Origin: Candidatus Iainarchaeum sp. | GTDB taxonomy: Archaea; Iainarchaeota; Iainarchaeia; Iainarchaeales; CSSED10-239 | Reading direction: 5' to 3' | NCBI GenBank assembly: GCA_037441475.1 | Contig: JBBISB010000001.1 | Coordinates: forward strand, 524,946-588,945 | Length of the DNA stretch: 64,000 nt | Shown: positions 55,763 to 64,000 of the stretch, one piece after another | Position numbering within the stretch: position 1 is the first letter of the stretch | Layout: each line of letters begins with the position of its first letter | Position numbers and translations under genes: made by a program | The notes under the pieces: generated by a model | What the model was told of the DNA's origin: nothing | Databases searched by the model: none | Seen by the model: only the letters and a program-made list of their open reading frames with translations

Positions 55763-56467
55763 ATGAGTACAAGACTAGATGGTAGAAAAAATGATGAATT
55801 AAGACCAATCAATATTAAACTTGGAGTTGTAAAGAGTGCTGCAGGTTCATGTTATCTTGAATGGGGTAAAAACACTGTTATTGCAACAGTACACGGTCCT
55901 AGACCAATGTTTCCAAAACACTTATCAGATTCAACAAAAGCTGTTATTGATTATAAATACAGAATGGCACCTTTCTCTGTTTCAGAAAGGAAGTCACCAG
56001 TTCCTGGAAAGAGAGATAAAGAAATTTCTTTAGTTTCTGGTTTTGCTTTAGAGTCTGTAATTATGACTGAAAAGTTTCCAAACACAGTTATTGATATAAA
56101 TGCATTAATACTTTCAGCAGATGCAGGTACAAGAGCTGCAGCATTAACAGCTGCGTCTTTAGCTTGTGCTGATGCTGGTCTTCCAATGAAAGGTATTCTT
56201 GCAGCAGTTTCAACAGGAAGAGCTAATGGAGAATACATTTTTGATTTAACAAAAGAAGAAGAGGATGCTCAAGACGCTGTTGATACAGCTATTGCTATTT
56301 CAATGCCACAAAAAGAAATTGCACTTCTTCAAATGGATGGTTTTGTAAATAAAGAAGATTGGAAAAAAATAGTTTCAATGGGTTTTTTAGCAGCAGAAAA
56401 AGTTTTTGACCTTCAAAAGAAAGCTTTGCTTGAAAAGTACCCAATAAATGGTGATATTAATGAGTGA
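55763..56467 (+). CDS. rrp41: exosome subunit Rrp41 (RNase PH domain)
   Basis: 'RLDGRKNDELRPINIKLGVVKSAAGSCYLEWGKNTVIATVHGPR'. Confidence 0.9.
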   Translation: MSTRLDGRKNDELRPINIKLGVVKSAAGSCYLEWGKNTVIATVHGPRPMFPKHLSDSTKAVIDYKYRMAPFSVSERKSPVPGKRDKEISLVSGFALESVIMTEKFPNTVIDINALILSADAGTRAAALTAASLACADAGLPMKGILAAVSTGRANGEYIFDLTKEEEDAQDAVDTAIAISMPQKEIALLQMDGFVNKEDWKKIVSMGFLAAEKVFDLQKKALLEKYPINGDINE

Positions 56468-57254
56468 TATATTAAACCTTATAAATGCAAACAGCATTAA
56501 AGAAAACATAAAAAAAGGAATAAGAGAAGATAAAAGAGCTCTTGAAGACTTTAGAGATCTTGAGATTAAAACTTCTGTTTTATCTTCAGCAGATGGTTCT
56601 GCTTGGGTAAAGCTTGGTAATACTGAAGTTATTGCTGGTATTAAGTTTTCAGTTGGAACACCATACCCTGATTCTCCTGATGAAGGGAGTATGTCCTTAA
56701 ATTTAGAACTTACAGGAATTTCTTCTCCTGATTTTTCAACAGGTCCTCCACAAATAGATGCTTTAGAGTATGGTAGAGTTGCTGATAGAGCTATAAGGTC
56801 TGCAGACTGTATTGACTTTAAGAAATTATGTGTTGTTCCTGGGGAAAAAGTTTTAGTAATGTTTATTGATTGTGTTGCAATAAACGCTGATGGTAATTTA
56901 ATAGATGCAACTGAGCTTGCTGCTTTAGCTGCAATAAAGAATGTTAGAATGCCAAAGCTTGATGAAAAAAATAACATAATTGCTAAAGAATATTCTGACG
57001 AAAAAATAGAACTTTTAAACATACCTTTAAGTTTTACTTTTGAAAAGATAGAAGGTAAAATAATAGTTGACGCAACAGAGAATGAAGAGTTTGCATCTAA
57101 TGCAAGATTTAGTATAGGCCTTGTTAAAGACACTGTTGTTTCATGTCAAAAAAGTAAAGGTGGAACTTTTATTGAAGAGGAAATTTTTAAAATGATCGAT
57201 ATATCAACTAAAAAATACAATGAAATCTACAAAAAAATTGAGGCTTTAAAATAA
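56460..57254 (+). CDS. rrp42: exosome subunit Rrp42 (RNase PH domain)
   Basis: 'IREDKRALEDFRDLEIKTSVLSSADGSAWVKLGNTEVIAGIK'. Overlaps the rrp41 end by 8 nt. Confidence 0.85.
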   Translation: MSDILNLINANSIKENIKKGIREDKRALEDFRDLEIKTSVLSSADGSAWVKLGNTEVIAGIKFSVGTPYPDSPDEGSMSLNLELTGISSPDFSTGPPQIDALEYGRVADRAIRSADCIDFKKLCVVPGEKVLVMFIDCVAINADGNLIDATELAALAAIKNVRMPKLDEKNNIIAKEYSDEKIELLNIPLSFTFEKIEGKIIVDATENEEFASNARFSIGLVKDTVVSCQKSKGGTFIEEEIFKMIDISTKKYNEIYKKIEALK

Positions 57255-57271
57255 AAGAAAAGTGATGGAAA

Positions 57272-57499
57272 ATGGCAACTAAAAAAGTAAAAGAAACAGG
57301 TAAGTATGGTGTTAGAGGCGGAAGAGGTATTAGACAAAAATATCTTCTTGCAACAAAGACAGATAAATCCTCTTATGTTTGTCCAAATTGTGGATATAAG
57401 GGGAAAATAACAAAGAAAGATTCTGCTATATTCAAATGTTCAAAATGTAAAACAGAAATTGCAGGTGCAGCATATAAACTTTCTTCATTAAAAAAATAA
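57272..57499 (+). CDS. rpl37ae: ribosomal protein eL43 (L37Ae)
   Basis: 'GKYGVRGGRGIRQK' and zinc ribbon 'CPNCGY...CSKCK...AGAAY'. Confidence 0.85.
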   Translation: MATKKVKETGKYGVRGGRGIRQKYLLATKTDKSSYVCPNCGYKGKITKKDSAIFKCSKCKTEIAGAAYKLSSLKK

Positions 57500-57511
57500 A
57501 GGTGAAAAATA

Positions 57512-57640
57512 ATGTATTATTGTGCAAGATGTAAAACTGAGTATGATGCAATTCCTGAGAATGATAAGTGTGGAGTATGCGGTTCAAGAATCTTTTATAA
57601 AAAAAGAGAACCAGTTTTAAAGAAAATAAAGGCATATTAA
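57512..57640 (+). CDS. rpoP: RNA polymerase subunit P (Rpo12/RPABC4)
   Basis: 42 aa, not in the ORF track: 'MYYCARCKTEYDAIPENDKCGVCGSRIFYKKREPVLKKIKAY'. C4 zinc ribbon, with a tail like Rpb12 'CGYRIMYKKR'. SD aaaggtga upstream. Confidence 0.75.
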   Translation: MYYCARCKTEYDAIPENDKCGVCGSRIFYKKREPVLKKIKAY

Positions 57641-57642
57641 GT

Positions 57643-58116
57643 ATGTTTGTTACAACTTCCAGAAAAGCAAATCTTTTAGAAAAAAGATTTTCAAAATACC
57701 TTACAAAATACCTTCCTGGGCTTGTATATCTTCCAAGAGGCAAAACTCCTCTTTTAAAAATCTTTAAGAAAGCAACATATCTTGGTCATAAGTATTTTCT
57801 AAAAGTATCTTCAATAAATGAAAATATTTTATTCTCCATATATGTTTCTAAGGAAAACAGTTTTTTTCTTGAAAGAGAATATCTTTTAGAGGTTCTAGAC
57901 TTAAGGCACTTAAAGCCTTTCTCTTACATCTCTTCAATAAACCAATCCTTTCAAGATGTTAAAGATGTTTTTTATTTTCTTTCAAAGAAAAATAAATCTT
58001 TAAAAAGCACTTATGGTGTTTTTTTAACTTCTCAAGAAGATGTTTTTGATTTTTTAGAAGAGGGAAAATACTTAGGTTTTAGATTTAAAATTTTGAATGT
58101 GAAAACTATTGATTGA
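57643..58116 (+). CDS. Brix-domain (Imp4-like) ribosome biogenesis protein
   Basis: 'MFVTTSRKANLLEKRFSKYL' is a typical archaeal Brix start. Superoperon position. Confidence 0.7.
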   Translation: MFVTTSRKANLLEKRFSKYLTKYLPGLVYLPRGKTPLLKIFKKATYLGHKYFLKVSSINENILFSIYVSKENSFFLEREYLLEVLDLRHLKPFSYISSINQSFQDVKDVFYFLSKKNKSLKSTYGVFLTSQEDVFDFLEEGKYLGFRFKILNVKTID

Positions 58117-58354
58117 AAATATCTTATCCATTAAGCTTGAAATTAAAGCAAAAGATCCTAATAACTTAAAGAAGCTCTTAGATCTTGAAATGGATAGAAA
58201 GAAGTACAATCGTTCAGATTCAAAAGTATATATAGAAAAAAAGATTTTAATCATAGAGATTTATGCAAAAGATGTTATTGCTTTTAAAGCAACCATTAAC
58301 AATTACATAAATATTCTAGAGTTAATATCTAAAGTTTATGAGGTGGAACTATGA
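58109..58354 (+). CDS. KEOPS subunit Pcc1-like protein
   Basis: 81 aa with 'LIIEIYAKDVIAFKATINNYINILELISKV', resembling the Pcc1 'AxDxxALRAxxNSxLR' helix. TTG start. Sits next to prefoldin-beta. Confidence 0.5.
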   Translation: MIENILSIKLEIKAKDPNNLKKLLDLEMDRKKYNRSDSKVYIEKKILIIEIYAKDVIAFKATINNYINILELISKVYEVEL

Positions 58355-58716
58355 GTGAAAAAAATGCAAATATGATTAATACATATAGACAACAATTAAT
58401 GTTTTTATCCCAACAAAAACAACAATTACAACTTCAAGCAAATGTTTTAGAAAACACTATTAAAGAGCTTGAAATTACTAAAGAAACAAAAGTTTACAAA
58501 GGTGTAGGTAATGTTTTTATTTTAAAGGATAAAGTAGATGTTGTAAAAGAAACTAAGGATACAAAAGAAACAGTTGACTTAAGACTTAAGACTGTTGAGA
58601 AACAAGAAGCAGATGCTTTAAAAAAATTAAGTGAACTTACAAAAGAAAGTCAACAAGAAAAAGCAAAAGAACCTGCTCCTGTTTTAAAGGATAAAGCCTC
58701 TGATGGAATTGCTTAA
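58351..58716 (+). CDS. pfdB: prefoldin beta subunit
   Basis: Two coiled-coil arms flanking 'KVYKGVGNVFILKDK'. Conserved superoperon end. Confidence 0.7.
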   Translation: MSEKNANMINTYRQQLMFLSQQKQQLQLQANVLENTIKELEITKETKVYKGVGNVFILKDKVDVVKETKDTKETVDLRLKTVEKQEADALKKLSELTKESQQEKAKEPAPVLKDKASDGIA

Positions 58717-58749
58717 ATTTCTTTTTTTAAAAAAGATAATAAAAAAAGA

Positions 58750-59163
58750 TTATTTTAAATAGATAATCTTTTTTCCATCCTTTAATTTCTTTTTCTTTGA
58801 TTTTTTAATTAGATAATGAATAGTGCTTTTAGGTACCTTTAACTTTTCTTCAAGTTCTCTGTATGAGAAGTCCTTGTGCATCTCAATAATCTTCTTTAAT
58901 TTAGCAGCAGGAATATCAATAGGTCTTCCTTGTTCGTTCTTAATAACCAAAGATATTTTTTTCTTTTTGAAAAATTCCTTTGTTTTTTCTCCAATCCTGG
59001 ATTTAGTGGTTTTAGAAAGTGTAATTATTTTAAGTCTTTTACATCTTGCAACTATCTTTTCCATTAACTTTATAGAAAAGGCTTTTGTTACATGAAGTTC
59101 TTCACAAGAAGAATCAATTTTTGAAATATTCTTAAAATCATTAAGTGAGTCTTTAATACCCAT
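58750..59163 (-). CDS. small DNA-binding protein with C-terminal resolvase-like HTH
   Basis: 'FSYRELEEKLKVPKSTIHYLIKKSKK' (HTH_7-like). The N-terminal domain is unknown. Confidence 0.5.
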   Translation of the reverse strand: MGIKDSLNDFKNISKIDSSCEELHVTKAFSIKLMEKIVARCKRLKIITLSKTTKSRIGEKTKEFFKKKKISLVIKNEQGRPIDIPAAKLKKIIEMHKDFSYRELEEKLKVPKSTIHYLIKKSKKKKLKDGKKIIYLK

Positions 59164-59286
59164 ATCTTTTTACCCTCTTTTAAATTTCTTGGTTTTACTT
59201 AAAATAAAAAACCGTCCAATATTATTAGTGACTATAACTATTTATAAATATATTTGTTTATAAATCTTTTCCTCCAATATATATTT

Positions 59287-59859
59287 ATGATAATCTTAAT
59301 ATGTGGGTACACCTCTTCAGGTAAAAGTGTTGTTGCAGATCATATCGGTAAGCAATTAAAATATCTTGTTATCCATACCTCTGACATTTTAAAAAAAATG
59401 CTTACAAACCAAGAGATTGATCTTAGTAAAACAGAAATGCAGACTGGGTGGTATGAAAAATCAACTGCTTCTTATGATACAAGAAAAAAAGATCTTTCCT
59501 TTGATAAAAAATTAGATAAATATCTTCTCTCACTTGTAAAGGAGAATGAAAACCTTGTTTTAGATTCTTCAACTCTTCCATATCTTTTAAAAAGAAAAAA
59601 AGGTGTCTTAAGGATATGGCTTAAATGTTCTCAAAAGGTAAGAGCAGAGAGGATGGCTAAAAGAAACAACATGGTTTTTACAGACACCATTAAGATATTA
59701 AAAAAGAAAGATAAGTTCAATATTGATCATTATAAATCTCTATACGGTTATGATTTTGGAAAAGATCTTTCAATCTTTGATTATGTTTTAGATACCAGTA
59801 AAATAGGTCTTGATGAGGTTTTTAAAAGAACACTTTCTTTTGTTAAAGATAATCTATAA
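59287..59859 (+). CDS. P-loop nucleotide kinase, archaeal cytidylate-kinase-like
   Basis: 'MIILICGYTSSGKSVVADHIG' P-loop and 'RIWLKCSQKVRAERMAKRNN', as in archaeal Cmk. Confidence 0.55.
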   Translation: MIILICGYTSSGKSVVADHIGKQLKYLVIHTSDILKKMLTNQEIDLSKTEMQTGWYEKSTASYDTRKKDLSFDKKLDKYLLSLVKENENLVLDSSTLPYLLKRKKGVLRIWLKCSQKVRAERMAKRNNMVFTDTIKILKKKDKFNIDHYKSLYGYDFGKDLSIFDYVLDTSKIGLDEVFKRTLSFVKDNL

Positions 59860-59870
59860 GGATATTTAAT

Positions 59871-60788
59871 ATGAATAAACTATACTCCTTTACTTTTGAA
59901 GAAAACTTAAAGGAACCTTCAGCAAAACATTATGCAAATAAAATGCACTTTAGTATACCTACAAAAGATGCACATTATTTTAAAGAAAACATTCCTTCTT
60001 TTTTAGATATTGTCTTTTATAAAGGTTCTAAAAATCCTGGTTTTAAAGGCTTTCCAGAAATATACTTTGATTCTTTAATAAAAACCACTCTTAATTATTC
60101 TCCTGAATTTATTTCAAGATTAAAAAAAGAACTTTTCACTTTATCTCCCTCACAAGTGGAGTTATTTCTAGAGTATAATAGATATAACCAGTTGTTTGTT
60201 AAAAAAGCAAATCCTCTCTTTGATATTCAAAGAATAAAGAAGGGCTTGCTTACAAAAAAAATAATCTCAACCCATACAAACTCAGCTTGTCTTGAAACCT
60301 ATCATGGTTTTATAAGGGTTTTAGAGAGTGGTAATGCAAAAATAATAACTCTAAAAGTAGATGGCAAAAACAAAACTCTTCTTGTTAAAAGTTTCTCTGG
60401 TATTGGAAAAAATAATATAAGGGAGGGAACATACACCTTAGCCCTTGATCCTAAAAACTTTAAAATCTATTCTTTTAATAATTTTCCTGACTATAAAGAA
60501 AGAGTGTATGTCCCAGAAGCAAAGAGAGTAGGTAATAATAAAATATTAAATGATAGCTTTACTGATCATGAGTTTGCAAAAAAATTATTATTCGACCCAG
60601 CTTCTAGCCCTAATGTAAAAGAAATTTCAAAAGATATCCTTAATCAAGTTTCAAAAATTAAAGAACTTCTAAAAAACTATGTTCCTTCAAAACAAAAACC
60701 AAAAATAGCTTCTTTTAAAACTTCTGTTAAAAAGATGTTAAAAGATAAGGAAACTAGGGACTTAATAAAAAAAAGATTTAGAAGATAA
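59871..60788 (+). CDS. hypothetical protein, lineage-specific family (paralogue of 20086-20943)
   Basis: 'IQRIKKGLLTKKIISTH...ETYHGFIRVLESGNAKIITLKVDGKNKTLLVKSF...GTYTLALDPKNFKIYSF' aligns with the 285-aa ORF at 20086. Basic tail 'LIKKRFRR'. Confidence 0.6.
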   Translation: MNKLYSFTFEENLKEPSAKHYANKMHFSIPTKDAHYFKENIPSFLDIVFYKGSKNPGFKGFPEIYFDSLIKTTLNYSPEFISRLKKELFTLSPSQVELFLEYNRYNQLFVKKANPLFDIQRIKKGLLTKKIISTHTNSACLETYHGFIRVLESGNAKIITLKVDGKNKTLLVKSFSGIGKNNIREGTYTLALDPKNFKIYSFNNFPDYKERVYVPEAKRVGNNKILNDSFTDHEFAKKLLFDPASSPNVKEISKDILNQVSKIKELLKNYVPSKQKPKIASFKTSVKKMLKDKETRDLIKKRFRR

Positions 60789-61625
60789 TTATTTTCTTAA
60801 AAGGTCAATTGTTTTTTTAACTACTTTATACTTTCCTAAAATATTATTTTTATGAGCAGTATTTCCATGAAAATCAGAACCAGCAGTCTCTATTAACTTA
60901 TATTTCTTACAAAGCTCTTTTACTTCAAGCATAAACTCCTTGTTTTTAAACATTATAAGTTCTTCTGGAATATATCCCTTTGTCTCAATACCAGAAACTC
61001 CTTCTTTTACAAGGTTTATAACAAAAGACTCCATCTCTGCTTTTTGAAAGTCCTTTAAATACCATGGATGTGGAAGCACTGCTTTTCCTCCAGCATCATT
61101 AATTATCTGAATTACTCTCTTTGTTCTTGTTGGTGGAACTTCAAGCCTAACAGGTATGTTTCTTAAATATTCTTTAAAGGCATCATCTGCTGTCTTACTA
61201 TACCCTCTTTCAACCATTATCTGTGCTATGTTATATGCATTTGGGTTTTGCCCAACACCTGATTTTTCTAAAACCTCTTTAAAGCTAATCTCCACTCCAT
61301 AGCTTTCAAGACCCTCAAGCTTTTTTTGAATATACCTTTTTCTTTGTTTTCTATGTTTTTCAAGTAGCATGTTAAGCATATTATCTTCTTTATTAAAAAA
61401 ATATCCTAAAATCTCAGTTTCAAGAGCTTGAATCTCAACACCAGGTATAATCTCTAAACCTCTTTTCTTAGCTTCCTTTTCTGCTTCTAAAAAACCATCT
61501 ATACTATCATGATCAGTTACAGCTAAGCCTTTTAAGTTTATTTTTGAGGCCATGGCTACAAGCTTTGAAGGGCTTAGCATTCCATCTGAGTAATGGGTGT
61601 GTGTATGTAGGTCATATCCAGGCAT
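60789..61625 (-). CDS. PHP-domain metal-dependent phosphoesterase
   Basis: 'YDLHTHTHYSDG', 'AVTDHDS', 'SDFHG'. Confidence 0.8.
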   Translation of the reverse strand: MPGYDLHTHTHYSDGMLSPSKLVAMASKINLKGLAVTDHDSIDGFLEAEKEAKKRGLEIIPGVEIQALETEILGYFFNKEDNMLNMLLEKHRKQRKRYIQKKLEGLESYGVEISFKEVLEKSGVGQNPNAYNIAQIMVERGYSKTADDAFKEYLRNIPVRLEVPPTRTKRVIQIINDAGGKAVLPHPWYLKDFQKAEMESFVINLVKEGVSGIETKGYIPEELIMFKNKEFMLEVKELCKKYKLIETAGSDFHGNTAHKNNILGKYKVVKKTIDLLRK

Positions 61626-61661
61626 ATCTTCTAACTTTCTTATTTTAAATTAATAAAAAGA

Positions 61662-61871
61662 CTACTGCATTGTCTTTGTTGCAAGCTTAATGTCCTCTGA
61701 TGTTACTGTTTTTCTTTTTGCATGTTTTGCAAGTTCAATTGCTTGTTTTGAGATATCAATTGCAACCTCTGATAATATTTTTCCAAGTTCTTCAGCTGCA
61801 TCTTCAGAGACCCTTTCTGCCCCTGCTTTTCTAATAAGTCTATCTATTGCCGCTATTGGTAATTCTGACAT
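61662..61871 (-). CDS. archaeal histone (HMf family)
   Basis: 69 aa with 'ELPIAAIDRLIRKAGAERVSEDAAEEL...AKHAKRKTVTSEDIKLA'. Confidence 0.9.
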   Translation of the reverse strand: MSELPIAAIDRLIRKAGAERVSEDAAEELGKILSEVAIDISKQAIELAKHAKRKTVTSEDIKLATKTMQ

Positions 61872-62036
61872 TGTTTTTCCCCCTTTTTTTAAAAATCAAC
61901 CTTAATATATATGTATTTCTCTAAAGCCTTTTTAAACTATTCTTTTTTTACTTAACAGTTAAGTGTTAACGATTAAAGATGTTAACGGTTTATATATTTT
62001 TCCCTTTACTATATATCTATACACTAATGATTAAAT

Positions 62037-62897
62037 ATGGCTCTCTCAGATTCAATTCTTTTACAGATAAGTCAAAAGAAAACAAACTATAATGATCTTT
62101 TAACAAAGATGGTTTCAAACTATTCATCAGTCAATTCAGCTAAAGCAGCTCTTTCAAGAGCTTTAAAAAACCTAGTTGCTTTTGGAGAAGTTGAAAAAAA
62201 CAAAGATGATTATTTTTTAACAGATAAGGGAAGACTTACAATTGAGTCAAAGCTTAAAAATAAACTTGTAATTAATATAAACGAGCTTTTAGAAAAATCA
62301 AAAAAAAAAAGTTCTTTAGAGCATGTAGATGAGATTGTTAAGAACCTACAAATTTTCTTAGAAAGAAGTAAACAAGATCCTAGTCTTTTAAAAACAGGAA
62401 AAACAAGTTCTAACTTTTATATAAAGGATTTAGAGATTTTAAAAAAAGAAATTGATTCAAGTGTTTCTCATTACACATACATTTCCACAGTCTTAACAAA
62501 CCATATAAAGATACTGCAGGATGAAAACTTTGAGGATTACTTAATACTTAACCTTGATAATAATCTTTTTTTAACTTTTAATTTTTTAATAGAGATGTAT
62601 AACCTAGATGAAATAACAATTGATTGTTCAAACCAGTATCCACAAACAATAAGCTTCTTTGAGGAAAGTACTATCTTTATTAAAAAAAATGATTTTTCCT
62701 TTAAACTAAGTTTAACAGAGTATGATTCTTTTAAGGAGCTTCTTTTAAAGGACTTTGAAAGAAGTATTAATATAAGGTTTAAGATCTACTTAAACGATGT
62801 CTTAGTAAGGTTTAGTTTTGGAAAAGTATATTTCTTTGGTCCCTTTAATATTATTAAAAAAATATCTGAAAAAAATGAGGAGTTGAAGTCTTTATGA
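62037..62897 (+). CDS. hypothetical protein with N-terminal winged-helix-like region
   Basis: 'AKAALSRALKNLVAFGEVEKNKDDYFLTDKGR'. ATGA overlap with the downstream MBL gene. Confidence 0.45.
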   Translation: MALSDSILLQISQKKTNYNDLLTKMVSNYSSVNSAKAALSRALKNLVAFGEVEKNKDDYFLTDKGRLTIESKLKNKLVININELLEKSKKKSSLEHVDEIVKNLQIFLERSKQDPSLLKTGKTSSNFYIKDLEILKKEIDSSVSHYTYISTVLTNHIKILQDENFEDYLILNLDNNLFLTFNFLIEMYNLDEITIDCSNQYPQTISFFEESTIFIKKNDFSFKLSLTEYDSFKELLLKDFERSINIRFKIYLNDVLVRFSFGKVYFFGPFNIIKKISEKNEELKSL

Positions 62898-63555
62898 AGT
62901 TTAAATATTTAGGCCACTCTTGTTTTATGCTTGAGTATAAGGGAATAAAAATATTACTTGATCCTTTTATAAAAAATAACCCTTTATCTAAGATTGGTAT
63001 TTTAGATGTTAGACCAGTGTTATTCTTTTAACACACGATCATCATGATCATCTTGGAGATGCAATTGAGATATCTAAACATTCTGGTGCTCATATAATAG
63101 CTATCTTTGATTTAACACAAGAGTTAAACAAGTTCCATGTTCCTACAATTGGTGGTAACTTAGGTGGAACTGTTGAATATAAGGGCATTAAGTTTACGTT
63201 TGTAAAAGCAGAGCATTCTTCAAGTAAAGGTGTTGCGGTTGGTTTTATAATAACCACTGAAGAGAGTGTAGTTTATTTTGCAGGAGATACCAATGTCTTT
63301 ATGGATATGAAAATAATAAAGGACATCTATAAACCCTCTGTTGTAATGTTACCTATAGATGGAAGGTTTAATATGGGTCCTAAAGAGGTTTGTTATGCCT
63401 TAACTTTATTAGAGCCTGAGGTTGTAATACCAATGCATTATGGAACCTTTGAGGCTTTAAAAAATACTCCCCTTGATTTAGAAAAGGAAATTTCAAAGCA
63501 AGGCTTAAAATATAAGTTAACTATTTTTAATATCTTTGAAGAAAAAGAAATTTAA
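62894..63555 (+). pseudogene. UPF0173-type metallo-beta-lactamase-fold hydrolase, frameshifted
   Basis: 'MKFKYLGHSCFMLEYKGIKILLDPF...LDVRP' stops at 63028. The +2 frame is open from 63013 with 'VILLTHDHHDHLGDA...' (HxHxDH) to 63555, but has no start codon for 96 codons. This is consistent with 1 nt missing near 63017. Confidence 0.8.
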
Positions 63556-63573
63556 TTTTTTCTTTTTAAAAAA

Positions 63574-63646
63574 AGGGGTCGGTGGGATTTGAACCCACGA
63601 CCGGTTGGTCCGAAGCCAACTGCACTATCCACTATGCTACGACCCC
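63574..63646 (-). tRNA. tRNA-Arg (TCG)
   Basis: The reverse complement folds as acceptor ggggtcg/cgacccc, D-arm gcat-agtggata-gtgc, anticodon arm gttgg-ctTCGga-ccaac, T-arm gtggg-ttcaaat-cccac. Confidence 0.9.
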
Positions 63647-63735
63647 ACCCTTTAAAAATGATTTGTTTATTAAATATATATAGTTTTATTATATTATATA
63701 ATTATTCTTTTTAAAAATTAAGAGGTGCATTACTA

Positions 63736-63891
63736 ATGGATAGATGCAGTAGCTGTAATATTGAAGTTACAAATGATTTTACAAAGTTCAAGTGCCCAAG
63801 TTGTGGTAAAGTTGAAATCATAAGATGTAACAGATGTAAGTCTATATCAAAGAAATATAAATGTCCAAGTTGTTCATTTATCGGACCTTAG
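63736..63891 (+). CDS. small zinc-ribbon protein (conserved neighbour of aEF-1beta)
   Basis: 51 aa, not in the ORF track: 'MDRCSSCNIEVTNDFTKFKCPSCGKVEIIRCNRCKSISKKYKCPSCSFIGP', four CxxC pairs. SD agaggtg upstream. Confidence 0.6.
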   Translation: MDRCSSCNIEVTNDFTKFKCPSCGKVEIIRCNRCKSISKKYKCPSCSFIGP

Positions 63892-63951
63892 ACGGTCTAC
63901 TTTTTTTAGATGTAAATTTTATTTAATAAAAATATAAAGGTGGAAATATTT

Positions 63952-64000
63952 ATGGGTGACATTCTTTCAGTCTATAAGGTTTATCCTGAAGAGATAGAGG
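63952..64000 (+). CDS. elongation factor 1-beta (aEF-1beta), first 16 codons only
   Basis: 'MGDILSVYKVYPEEIE' resembles the aEF-1beta start ('...KV.PE'). SD aaaggtgga upstream. Truncated by the window end. Confidence 0.5.
   Translation, partial: MGDILSVYKVYPEEIE

Noticed and set aside
56387-57133. 248-aa minus-strand ORF
   Set aside because: It is entirely antisense to rrp42 and the rrp41 end, is low-complexity and Ser/Phe-rich, and has no motif. It is a shadow ORF.
57512-57640. Suspected homopolymer frameshift in rpoP (an apparent A6 run giving a 35-aa product)
   Set aside because: A recount against the ORF-track coordinates of the flanking genes (eL43 end at 57499, Brix start at 57643) shows the run is A7. 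The 42-aa ORF with the conserved 'RIFYKKREPV...' tail is intact, so my first count was wrong.

Overview
This is an AT-rich archaeal chromosome segment. It carries archaeal-type replication, transcription, translation and RNA-processing genes, and GGTGA-type Shine-Dalgarno boxes precede most starts. The small, compact gene set looks like a reduced DPANN-like archaeon, but that is inference only.

Most of the window is housekeeping:
- **Replication and repair:** RPA, MCM, Topo VI B and A, RadA, Mre11, a histone.
- **Translation cluster:** aIF2-beta, DUF424, aIF1A, RIO kinase, KH protein.
- **Exosome superoperon:** Rpp30, Pop5, PsmA, SBDS, Rrp4, Rrp41, Rrp42, eL43, RpoP, Brix, Pcc1, prefoldin-beta.
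- **Metabolism and Fe-S assembly:** porGDAB, Acs, a PpsA-like gene, sufCBD-sufU.
- **Other:** ArgRS, Taw1 and three tRNAs (Cys-GCA, Arg-TCT, Arg-TCG).
- **Accessory parts:** a glycosylation island (GT2, GT4, GT2, GT17, methyltransferase), a tandemly duplicated cold-shock gene unit, an MNT-type nucleotidyltransferase locus, and an extracytoplasmic thiol/sulfur operon.

The most noteworthy observations are:
1. A stand-alone ~300-aa H-cluster domain protein, a candidate ultraminimal [FeFe]-hydrogenase.
2. A 372-aa LAGLIDADG intein splitting the TPP-binding motif of PorB.
3. A single polypeptide fusing an AsnB-type glutamine amidotransferase/synthetase to a Dph6-type diphthamide synthetase domain.
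4. A single-gene AAA/DUF4143 ATPase cassette flanked by 27-bp direct repeats that duplicate the 3' end of mcm.
5. A translationally coupled operon of cysteine desulfurase, DUF1858, a secreted thioredoxin and a Trx-Trx-CcdA fusion.
6. A lineage-specific paralogue pair sitting at the ends of two translation-related operons.
7. Six or more disrupted non-essential genes, while every core gene is intact.

No CRISPR array, rRNA, transposase or integrase gene was seen.
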